Shown in pieces: positions 9,801 through 15,751 of a DNA stretch of 36,747 nt. The notes below the pieces were generated by a model. It did not search any database, had not been told where the DNA came from, and saw only the letters and a list, made by a program, of their open reading frames with translations. Each line of letters opens with the position of its first letter. Positions within the stretch are counted from its first letter, which is position 1. A program made the translations under genes and the position numbers. This DNA comes from a virus (lineage: Duplodnaviria; Caudoviricetes), in the IMG/VR virus record IMGVR_UViG_3300037634_001197, positions 1-36,747 of that record. One strand, 5' to 3'.

Positions 9801-12262
9801 TCAATCACCCTTTTTTCTATATCATTATATTTGCCATAATGACCATTAATAAAAGTAGAATATTCTTCGGATCCTCTAGCGTGATTAACAAGAGCAGAAA
9901 AATTATCTGCTACTTCTACAGATGTTGCAAATGATGCTGGGGTATATAAAAACTTTTGATATAACGTACTAGATAATGGACTCCAACTTTCAAACAATCT
10001 AGCTGCTGGTTGCATAATTTTACCCATTCCACCAAAAGCAGCTCCAATAACATAACCTTGTTTATCACCAGCCACCCGTTCGTGAACAATACCCATTTTT
10101 ATACCTTCCATACCCATAGCACCAACTATACCACCTGCTTTGTTAAAAAAGCTCGGTACTACTTTTATATTATTAGCTTTAACATACGCGTTGAGGGCTT
10201 TGCTACCAGTTAATCCTGTACCCATTTTCGTACTGTAATCTACAGCTCTAGCGGTTATCCTAGGTTTAGATAACACTCTACCAGCATACATATATTTTGA
10301 AGAATTTAAAAAACTTAACCATTTTTGTGAGTTCTTAAGCATTAAAGCTTGCCCACCGATTATATCCATAGCGCCTGATCCAAAACCTGTTCTTATATAT
10401 TTTCCTCCTTTCAAAATTTGTCCTCCTCCACCCAAAGCAAATAATTCGGTTAAAAATCTAGCGCTACCACCAGCTGTTTCAGCTACAGTTTCCCAACCTT
10501 TACCTTCAATGTATTTATCTTCTTCTTCGTTTAGACGCCATCCCATTTCAGAATATAAGTCTCCTTTTTTTCTTCTAATATCTATATCTGTATGTTTAGG
10601 TTTGGATGCTCCTGTACGCACTGCTTTCCAATTATCATCTTTCAAACTAGCCCATTCCCCTCGTAAATTAGCCTGAGCAAATTTGGCAGCACCAAGTTTT
10701 GAGCCACTAAAAAACCAAGGCGCAAATGATTCTGCAGCTCTATCAAGAAATAACGAACCGGCTTTCTGGTCATCATCTAAAACACCCTCATTAAGAAGTA
10801 GCATTCTTCTTAGCGCCTCATGGTCTTCATTGTAATCAACCATATCAGCTTGATATCTTTGTATTTTTTGCGCCCAATCTTCTTTTGCTTTTTCTATACG
10901 TGCTTTATATACTTGTTCAGATTCACCTTTCTTTCTTCTAGCTTCTTCTATAGGCAATATGTCTTTATAGTCCATAGAGTGTGCCTCCACCATATCTCTA
11001 AAAGATTTTTTAACCGTCATCTTTTTACCTCCAACGTCAAGTCCTAAACCTGAGAAACCTCTTGTGGTAACTTGATATTCACCTACTTCATCTAAATCAT
11101 TATTTAACGATGTTAGTGCTAGTGCGCTTCTTTCATATTCATCTTTTAGTTGAGCATACTCATATCCTTGGTACTCTTCTTGTTTACCATAAATATCCAT
11201 TTCAACTACATTTCTCTCACCCTCTGCCTCTCTTAATGCTCTTCCTTCTTCATCGTCTGCGGCTAATATTTGTCTACCCGTACGTAAATCTATAAGATAA
11301 TTTGGTTTATTTGTCTTCTTTTTTAAGGCTTCAAAATTCGTATATTCTTTAAGTCTATCTTGTTCACTTAAATTACCCTGCATTATCTTTTCCCACGAAT
11401 TTGCTATTAAAAGATTATCACCCGTAAATGTTTTTATATCTGTTTTTCTATAGTTATTTTGCCAATCGTAATAATTTTTATGATGTTTACCAAATAAATT
11501 ATAATCTTGAATAGTTTTAGCGGAATGTATATTAAATTGATCTTTCTTTTCTTCTTCTAATTTTAAATTAAAAACACCATCTATTGCGTTATTTATCTCT
11601 TCATTATTTAAACTATTATACTTTGAACGAATATCTCCGCTAAGTAATCCAAAACCACCAAGATTCGCATGCATATATTTTTTTAAGTACTGTTCCGGAT
11701 GCTCTCCTGATAACTCTAGATTTTGTAAAGTTTTTTTATCTTTTAATATGTGATTTAATTTCATCTGTGGATCCAAAAACATCGCGTTTAGTTCTTTGTT
11801 TAATGCTTTTGTTTCCTTTGATTTTTTGGCATTTATTTCTTTTAATTCTTTCTGTTTATCTGTTTCCTCCTCTTCATCAACTATACCTTCTTTTTGTGCT
11901 ACCTCATCCCAACTAACACCCCCAATAGTTTTACTCTCATCTTCTTCAACTATATTTTCAAACTCATCTTGTGTAACATTTTCATTTTCCTTTGCGTCCT
12001 CTACAATATTTTGACTTTGATCTTTGTTGAGTTGAACTACATTCTTAGTAGAAGGATTTATACCTTTTAAAATATTATCAGTTACAGATTCTTTTGGCGA
12101 TAAATTAAAATTTAAAGCAACTTTCTTTTTACTATCTTCTTCTAATTTCTTTTTTAACCAATCTTTATGTTCAGACGTGCCTTTTTCACCCTCCCACACA
12201 TCTGCAGTGTCAGGATTATCTACCAATACATTTTGTTTTAATGGAGATGATTTCTTTAACAT
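875..12262 (-). CDS. Giant multidomain (polyvalent) protein, probably an internal virion/ejected protein
   Basis: 3795-aa ORF after tail, GNAT and ejection-type genes. Motifs: HELGHE (zincin), sigma-R2-like segment, EHITP (HNH-like), DLDGT...ILTARP...K...ADD (HAD), GGAGSGKS...VVDGTG (P-loop kinase), WC (PcfJ-like), MORN-like repeats, two C-terminal Cys/His fingers. Confidence 0.85.
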   Translation of the reverse strand: MLKKSSPLKQNVLVDNPDTADVWEGEKGTSEHKDWLKKKLEEDSKKKVALNFNLSPKESVTDNILKGINPSTKNVVQLNKDQSQNIVEDAKENENVTQDEFENIVEEDESKTIGGVSWDEVAQKEGIVDEEEETDKQKELKEINAKKSKETKALNKELNAMFLDPQMKLNHILKDKKTLQNLELSGEHPEQYLKKYMHANLGGFGLLSGDIRSKYNSLNNEEINNAIDGVFNLKLEEEKKDQFNIHSAKTIQDYNLFGKHHKNYYDWQNNYRKTDIKTFTGDNLLIANSWEKIMQGNLSEQDRLKEYTNFEALKKKTNKPNYLIDLRTGRQILAADDEEGRALREAEGERNVVEMDIYGKQEEYQGYEYAQLKDEYERSALALTSLNNDLDEVGEYQVTTRGFSGLGLDVGGKKMTVKKSFRDMVEAHSMDYKDILPIEEARRKKGESEQVYKARIEKAKEDWAQKIQRYQADMVDYNEDHEALRRMLLLNEGVLDDDQKAGSLFLDRAAESFAPWFFSGSKLGAAKFAQANLRGEWASLKDDNWKAVRTGASKPKHTDIDIRRKKGDLYSEMGWRLNEEEDKYIEGKGWETVAETAGGSARFLTELFALGGGGQILKGGKYIRTGFGSGAMDIIGGQALMLKNSQKWLSFLNSSKYMYAGRVLSKPRITARAVDYSTKMGTGLTGSKALNAYVKANNIKVVPSFFNKAGGIVGAMGMEGIKMGIVHERVAGDKQGYVIGAAFGGMGKIMQPAARLFESWSPLSSTLYQKFLYTPASFATSVEVADNFSALVNHARGSEEYSTFINGHYGKYNDIEKRVIENGIFGWAMGMGSFKGFADLKTYNGLKSTKRKAWGLAQGQVNLAIQTAKGKGLNLEKVIKDNGFWSKKSQQAITENLGDKGLAEYNKHLEVHSNMTGRIQQVQRAQGYLNPLTADKKVANDFDPYIKQAKEQGITLEVDVVHNDKLKFGEKPMGNNAEWKIDPKNPNKRKIRVNAEKYSPGIAPHELGHEFTFRNFTENARFKGDFLGKLNKIAEQIEIESFNPKTGRNFTLAEAMKEEGYDAGHEINNQRIKEWELFSYIKENLADKANYNKLKDSNAYARLGGWIRSIGKEAGHKYDLTKEKDVVRWFNDYLESVGKGKAGKTEELMGELDKVIDWQETGHTTTAMEVVDSKTGRSLGSGDLKVARTKLQNQKTILMAGSDKEREENKGKIQKINKKIDAINKNVKHSDVNKKAVETIEDVKTRVDFDGIYEKYKEKIDPVSVREEFVDGKFIEKSDKYTYDRAIADEIISLRNEIKAMPKKSGKAFEAKAQRVKDMETWSRQRGILIENNMGTIGNWKKRKFDAKGDVDYVEFESSLNEQLTKILNSYKDPNVPFGYYLRSRLEPQLGNILRRAQKGSQPFQQSLDVLREAGFDVADVKGVELEITPTEKKKKGIRPQIIAADALKLDKSIVKEVSAEGLDPTDALLGYKKAGEQYRGTGLEKHIIVDKFGVSEAMFEKMQKSAAQNLAIPDSKAINEYIAKETSTIIETAFPETVVPEKTFVREGELVGEYKPPKKLVGKAMGVQTKLEHEPLLYTLKDGVYVRSKRLNEYTLNKNKAFEISEEIKGTERARKKLAKEGLDIANNLDVYTRAGERVDKLQTNLNKVNKSIEQFETDFKKIFEIKKDRSHSQKQKALMNQVVRATAVQQVKKAPSLKDIADQVSAGKPPALYSKTLGVQKSKDQRRFFAEIQTPEFREILDANVKDKSIKNPIEQSFKEYFKEYRGYEFGVSMKDLDKIGKELKTKLDIEGLTQVRLATRIGKTIFLPNERSAIEMKHGYERVEDTFASKDYMRKAQYTDALLAEKLEAEFGKGVYEATFLDGTTGPGGYGKWRTIEAMEAGLPTEINRTSVWRDVSHVNEMLGNLPKTNKIYQGIERGPSNRPGVKANVFADIGFKPGAKSFNEAGRQKLYENAEFNKKVLKRAVEILNDLHMNEATTGVTYKHVRTFADIHSGSMKGLIKKSASLAILPKGSPKELMKLWGTDMKKWVLEHITPAKDVANRIYDYILEKDPAIKKSLKKALDLTLKDYHTTLIPKSKDQAVNVLYKSELPPDHTPGLDPMDYRYYMNANISDFGMAFQKFNAKGKVIKEYSTGTTETYAEMQARGEALRRYNNAIFPEGIKKGAESRLNSKQLDAANTYDKAIKEGRKKDKKSRGMSTWDLDGTLIHSKSGVKARIPNIDGKPKPKRKVVFLAGGAGSGKSNVIKKLELEKQGFKIVNQDISLEWLKKNHGLPENMNELTKEQRSTLGKLQHQARQIAKDKMMKYKGDADGVVVDGTGGSIKAMEKLVNEFKDKGYDASMLFVETSLETALKRNKAREERSLLDKMVEKNHAAVQGNKPGFRTMFGERFMEVKTDKLKQEDVMPEDLVAKMDNFVSGYEKIRLDAEQFAIQGKEILDRGGKFDFSEFNTIKEGEPGPFFQKALNRAKKYGTKDQFILTARPPEAVPHIQEFLKSLGLNIPLKNITGLGNSTGEAKAMWMLKKFSEGYNDMYFADDVVQNVKEVKHVLDQLDIKSKVVQVQDVNKLDSPGTYEGVLASRKLRLEYEKTITKHRPDLVKEGLVSRTIDDMFDFIDALNVPANKKKKYEQVTTKWLATSNVKLKEDAYKIKQAVEIAEKYKEDIFSYRNPNELIEKYAGKVKEKPLDPSKVKEFTFSGEHKKRGITVYEVQNTKEGQQAVRDIVNTHWGIDSNPWCITKAKKGKLTEDAWLDWTAYEKGPKRIIFQDGKLSSFHANRQYWDRMDNATDGPTISIKEGRVTKKVELVPDGTGRVEEFIRETRTVSKDKKTVTKEIFAESQDGYAEGTKIVENRVNGKTVKSTRYNPKGGIVEIKDFNKDGKATASYNFFPDGKMSAVNTYGQPFGDMTTNNVVRQKGDILSHQHSEGGIAYMYGRIKLNDKATEIGWKVAEKNSDLKNVIKTVDGKVRLDLKKVLEIDADARTTLPGKTPVKLSEVLKPQVREGMQSLEPVKKILDQLDVKSNVQQALASKNLDVEFNQIIEDVKGISKEKEFKSVTAKMMGAKKGKYKWVIPPSAADFELLTSYTFAGKGKRGEAHQEWWNENLFKPFARGINDINTAKQTTANDYLALRKLMPGARKMLKKKVAGTGFTHDAAIRVHRWTESGFEVPGISKKDLKLLNDVVNNNPELKAFSDGLGKISKTKEGWVEPTEHWLTENITADLHAVTTRVGRKQYLAEWIENKNIVFSKKNMNKIEAVYGKNHREALEDMLYRMEHGTNRTTGRNALTNKFMNWTNNSVGAVMFFNMRSAGLQLLSSVNYINHAENNIFKAGKAFANQPQYWKDFATIYNSDMLKQRRAGLKMNVNEAEIAAAVEGSSNKAQAALSWLLKKGFTPTQLADSFAIASGGATYLRNRIKMYEKQGLETKEAEKKAWTDFQEIAEKTQQSARPDLISQQQASPLGRLILAFANTPMQYARIMKKGAMDLASGRGDPKAHISRILYYGGIQGMIFASLQSGMFSMLFDDELGEDYIDKKQERVLNTMTDGLLRGTGVAGASVSAIKNGVIRFMNENEKGYNQDYMNVVVDMLNVSPTIGSKVRKLKSAGDGYKWNKDVIGEMGMDIENPGLYAAANVVSATTNVPLDRLVTKVNNLKGAIDAENETWQRIALFMGYNRWDLGMDKPKAVIEAKKVVKEKKKVIAKAKRKVKQEEEKKIELQEKKKEGEKKQEQEKKEGKQITCLICKLPIAEGKKYCTIHEKVEQNETGEKTQCKKIKSNDKQCKMKTSSKSGYCYYHD
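878..1050 (-). other. Two C-terminal Cys/His zinc-finger-like motifs of the giant protein
   Basis: CLICKLPIAEGKKYCTIH and CKKIKSNDKQCKMKTSSKSGYCYYH, following a Lys/Glu-rich linker. Confidence 0.65.
3189..3229. repeat. Copy A of a 41-nt imperfect direct repeat (partner at 4581..4621)
   Basis: acgttagatttaacatctaattgatctaatatctttttaac versus actttagatttaatatctaattgatctaaaacatgcttaac: 34/41 identical, 1392 nt apart (in frame). Confidence 0.8.
4581..4621. repeat. Copy B of the 41-nt imperfect direct repeat (partner at 3189..3229)
   Basis: Encodes VKHVLDQLDIKSKV, versus VKKILDQLDVKSNV for copy A. Confidence 0.8.
4600..5665 (-). other. HAD-superfamily phosphatase domain interrupted by a P-loop kinase (within the giant ORF)
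   Basis: HAD motif I WDLDGTL (~5650), motif II ILTARP (~4815), motif III K (EAKAMW), motif IV YFADD (~4650). Walker A GGAGSGKS (~5540) and VVVDGTG (~5300) lie between motifs I and II. Confidence 0.8.
8950..9400 (-). other. Zincin-like metallopeptidase domain (HExxH) within the giant ORF
   Basis: Beta strand KIRVNAE, then APHELGHEF (~9233-9255), then a downstream helix with Glu (KEWELFSY). Confidence 0.65.
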
Positions 12263-12266
12263 ACTA

Positions 12267-14852
12267 TTACGCGTTAGGAATTTGTGGTTGCGCTTCTTTT
12301 ATAGCGTCTTCTTGTTCTTTCTTTTGTTTCGCAATTTTAGCATCTGTCATACCTGTTGAATGTACTTCACCATCGAAAGTAAATTCTTTTCTACCTTCTT
12401 TAGCAGCTTCAGCTTTGTCTTTTTTAAATCTTTCTTTTATTAATTCATTCTGCTTTAACCTCATTAAATCTAATTTACCCTCTTCATAACCCATACCTTT
12501 CCACCAAGCATTTTCAACCTTATAGGTATAATATTCTTTCACAAGGGTTCTCAGTAATTTTATATCGAAGAAAGGACTATCTTGATTACAGATAGCATCG
12601 ACTAATCTTAATCTATCTAAATCATCTATTTGATCATGCCAATAATTTTTATCACCTTTTCCTAAAGGTTGATTAAATTCCATCTTATCAAAATCAAAAC
12701 CACCATAATTAAGGTTTTCAATATTTGGGTGTTCATATAGATGACGTCTGAATGTACTTCCATCTTCTAATATATCATCATCCCAAGCAAACTGAAGAAC
12801 TAATTGATCTTGTTCTTTTGAAGCTGTACCATCGTTATTACCAAACAATGTATTTATTTTATAATTTATATTACCTAAAGGAGGTTTAACAGCTGCTTTA
12901 TCTTGTCTAGCTTGTGTAGCGTCTTCGTTTGTTTGGTTTAAATAAGCTAAGTATTCAATAGCTTTTAAATTACTTTTTATAAATATATCTTTGTTTCCAT
13001 CAATAACACTTACAAAACAAACGTTACCATAAAAATCAAATACTATAGCATAATAACCACCTTCTTTTATTATATTACCATAATAATCTACTCTACCTAA
13101 TTTTACGTCTTCTTTCTCAGCAAGTGAAATAACTAGATCAGGATTTTTACAATAAATTTGAGTTCCAAAACTAATTTGTTGTTGAGAATTTCCTTTAGAC
13201 ATTTGACTTTCGGTTTCAAAATGATCTTCAAAAAACTCTTGCATGTTATCTTTTATAACTTGCACGGTTTGTTCCATAGTAGCTAAACGAGTCATAATTT
13301 CTTTTTCTGCCGCTTTGTCATTATTTTTTAAAGCTGTATATAATTCTTCTTGCCAAGCTTTAACTTGCCTCATATATATATCTATATATTCTGGACCTAA
13401 TGTAAATGGACTTCCTGTATCATGGATTTTTCGTTGATTATCTCTTAACAATTGATCTTGATACTTTCTGTCTTGCATAGATTGTGGTTCAACCATTTTA
13501 ATATCTAATTGCAATTCTTCCCAGTTCTTTCTTCTTTGAGCTTCAGCTAATATATCCATACCAGCATCAGTAATAGCTTTTTGTTTTGCTAAATGTTCTT
13601 GTGGCGTTGCTCCTAACGCTCCTCCTTGATCTAATTGTTTTAGTGGAGACGGAGTTTTTAGTTTTTTCATATCAATATCGATTAAATTATAATTAACTTT
13701 ATAGTGTTTGTCATCTAAAATAACAGCATCTTCTCTACCAAGTTTAAGTAGATCTTGTGCTAGTGTACCAGTATAAGTTGAGTTTTTACCTTTATATTTA
13801 AACATATATGTAGGTATACCAGAATCAGAATATCCTAATTTATATATATCTTCTTTTAATCTTTCATCACTACCTATGAATGATCCAGCAATATTTCCAA
13901 TGCTACTAATACCATCCCACATTTGTTTATCGCCAGCTTTTTTATCCGCTTTGTGTCCAGCAACTTCTCTAGCTTGTTGTCCCATTAAGGTTTCACTTTT
14001 TCTCATACCTTGTTCTGCTGACCACATTTGTCCTTTGCCTTTTAACGTTTGCACATCCATTGCGCCTTGGGCTTCTGCCATTTGTAATTTAGAGGCCTCT
14101 GTCATTTCCGCCATTTGTAATTTAGATGCTTCACCTAATCTTGCAGATTGCAATGCTTCGTCTGCGCTTAATACAGTTTTTTGAATATCCATATCCGCTT
14201 GATTAGCTTGTGTATCTAATCTACTTTGTTCACCAGCTTGTGCCATAGCTATTCTACTACCCTCACCAGCTGTTGCCATAGATATTTTTTGACTTGCATC
14301 AGCTGCTAATTTTTGATTAGCCGCTTCTTGAGAACCAATAGATGCTGAAGCTTTTTGAGCTTGCAAAGCTCCTTGGTTTGCCATTGATTGTGCTAATGCA
14401 GCAATACCAGAACCACCAGCGGCACCTTGCATTTGAGACATAATATTAGCTTGTTGTTGTTGATTTTGTTGGGCTTCAAATTCTGCTTGCTGAGTATTAA
14501 CCGTAATATCTTCAAAGGCATTTTCCATACCTTCGTATTGGTTTTTCATGCCTTCATAAGCATTCTTTTGTCCAGCAAATTTATTTTCCATTTTACCAGC
14601 ATAGACATTTTCTGCTCCTTCGTATACATTTTCAGCGTCAGCAAATTTATTATCTAAACCTTCAAAAGCATTTTTAGCATCTTTAAATGGATTAGAAGTA
14701 TCTATATTCTTATAATCATTTTGCATTTGCTTTAGCTTTTCCCTTGCCGCCGCCTCTTTTTTCTTTGCTTTTCTTTTTTTAGACGCACCGCTAATACCTT
14801 TAGCTATTGCTACACCACCGGCTACTACTAATGCTGCTGTTACTGCTCCCAT
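12267..14852 (-). CDS. Putative ejection/internal virion protein with an internal Peptidase_S74-like (intramolecular chaperone autoprocessing) domain
   Basis: 861 aa. Gly/Ala-rich hydrophobic N-terminus with a basic stretch, Gln/Ala-rich helical region, then GSDERLKEDI...FKYK...GTLAQDL...VNYNLID (S74 signature), then ~460 further aa. Confidence 0.75.
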   Translation of the reverse strand: MGAVTAALVVAGGVAIAKGISGASKKRKAKKKEAAAREKLKQMQNDYKNIDTSNPFKDAKNAFEGLDNKFADAENVYEGAENVYAGKMENKFAGQKNAYEGMKNQYEGMENAFEDITVNTQQAEFEAQQNQQQQANIMSQMQGAAGGSGIAALAQSMANQGALQAQKASASIGSQEAANQKLAADASQKISMATAGEGSRIAMAQAGEQSRLDTQANQADMDIQKTVLSADEALQSARLGEASKLQMAEMTEASKLQMAEAQGAMDVQTLKGKGQMWSAEQGMRKSETLMGQQAREVAGHKADKKAGDKQMWDGISSIGNIAGSFIGSDERLKEDIYKLGYSDSGIPTYMFKYKGKNSTYTGTLAQDLLKLGREDAVILDDKHYKVNYNLIDIDMKKLKTPSPLKQLDQGGALGATPQEHLAKQKAITDAGMDILAEAQRRKNWEELQLDIKMVEPQSMQDRKYQDQLLRDNQRKIHDTGSPFTLGPEYIDIYMRQVKAWQEELYTALKNNDKAAEKEIMTRLATMEQTVQVIKDNMQEFFEDHFETESQMSKGNSQQQISFGTQIYCKNPDLVISLAEKEDVKLGRVDYYGNIIKEGGYYAIVFDFYGNVCFVSVIDGNKDIFIKSNLKAIEYLAYLNQTNEDATQARQDKAAVKPPLGNINYKINTLFGNNDGTASKEQDQLVLQFAWDDDILEDGSTFRRHLYEHPNIENLNYGGFDFDKMEFNQPLGKGDKNYWHDQIDDLDRLRLVDAICNQDSPFFDIKLLRTLVKEYYTYKVENAWWKGMGYEEGKLDLMRLKQNELIKERFKKDKAEAAKEGRKEFTFDGEVHSTGMTDAKIAKQKKEQEDAIKEAQPQIPNA
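14071..14132 (-). repeat. Tandem 33-nt (11-aa) coding repeat
   Basis: EASKLQMAEMT-EASKLQMAEAQ; gccatttgtaatttaga occurs twice 33 nt apart. Confidence 0.75.
14510..14700 (-). repeat. Degenerate ~7-aa coding repeats N-x-[FY]-[EA]-[GD]-x-x
   Basis: NPFKDAK NAFEGLD NKFADAE NVYEGAE NVYAGKME NKFAGQK NAYEGMK NQYEGME NAFED. Confidence 0.75.
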
Positions 14853-14853
14853 A

Positions 14854-15312
14854 TTATAAATTTTTTGTTATTTCGTGAGATGAATTATCATCTACGTGCC
14901 ATCCCATTTTTCTGTGTGTTTCAATTAAACTTTTGGTTCTACCTATAGTAAACATATGCTTATATCCCCAATCCCTACACATGTTCTCAGCTTCTTTTAT
15001 TAATAATTCTATAGCTGTTTTTCTATCATCTTCTCTATAATCCGGATCTGAAACAACCCACTCAAACAATACAGCGTCGGAATTTGTTTGATATAAAAAT
15101 CCAGCGACTATAGGTTTATTATTTTTTTCTATCATAAGCCCACCTGTACCATCATCTGGTAAAAACCCTTTAGCGGGATTCTCCCAATTAGGCCAAGCTT
15201 TCCACCAAGATAATAAAGTGTCCCAATCATCCTTTCTAAGATGTCTTGTAATAAGTGTGTCTTTTACCTGAGACCTAATCTCTTTTATCTTTTCTAATAA
15301 TTCTTTTTCCAT
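14854..15312 (-). CDS. GNAT-fold acetyltransferase-like protein
   Basis: 152 aa with GNAT-like order: R-x-L-xx-DD N-terminus, PIVAGFLY strand, FEWVVSDPDYR (motif A-like), LLIKEAE..CRDWGY, H-R-K-M-G-W. Sits immediately before the ejection-type genes. Confidence 0.65.
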   Translation of the reverse strand: MEKELLEKIKEIRSQVKDTLITRHLRKDDWDTLLSWWKAWPNWENPAKGFLPDDGTGGLMIEKNNKPIVAGFLYQTNSDAVLFEWVVSDPDYREDDRKTAIELLIKEAENMCRDWGYKHMFTIGRTKSLIETHRKMGWHVDDNSSHEITKNL

Positions 15313-15360
15313 GATTTTATTTTATTTAATTAGTAATTATATAATCACATATTTTATTGA
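15313..15360 (-). promoter_or_regulatory. AT-rich intergenic spacer, possible internal promoter
   Basis: 48-nt gap (minus strand: AAAATATGTGATTATATAATTACTAATTAAATAAAATAAAATC-ATG) in an operon where most gaps are 1-20 nt. Contains TATAAT. Confidence 0.3.
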
Positions 15361-15738
15361 TTATCTACTACTATCAGTATAACCTACAGCCGTAGCAAAT
15401 ATTTCAGATTTTAATGTAGAGTAATTTCTATATTCAACTTCCAAAAAATATCCTACAATACCAGAGTAATTTCCCCTTCTATCTTTACTAAATAATAGAT
15501 ACTTGTTACCCAAATCTAAATTGCTAGGCATGTTAGAAGTAGGTACTTTAACGTCAATAGTATCATTATTTCTATTAACGTGCGTTACTTCACCTAATTT
15601 TTTTGTTTTTGTATTCAAAGTGCTATTAGGATGATTTTTACCTGCTTGAGCATTATGGGTTCTACAATAATAAATAGTATCTCCTTTTTGTAAAGAAATA
15701 TTTATTGACGATTGAAGAGATAAAATTCGTGTTGGCAT
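15361..15738 (-). CDS. Hypothetical tail-associated protein
   Basis: 125 aa, beta-rich (INISLQKGDTIYY...YLLFSKD...SGIVGYFLEVEY..SEIFA). Located in the tail block. Confidence 0.7.
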   Translation of the reverse strand: MPTRILSLQSSINISLQKGDTIYYCRTHNAQAGKNHPNSTLNTKTKKLGEVTHVNRNNDTIDVKVPTSNMPSNLDLGNKYLLFSKDRRGNYSGIVGYFLEVEYRNYSTLKSEIFATAVGYTDSSR

Positions 15739-15751
15739 AGTTTAAAATTTA

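Noticed and set aside
875-12262. Giant ORF as a crAss-like virion RNA polymerase
   Set aside because: I found no DxDxD catalytic motif. The closest, VDFDGIY (~8515), lacks the third Asp, and DADG/DLDG belong to the kinase and HAD motifs. A highly diverged polymerase cannot be excluded without a profile search.
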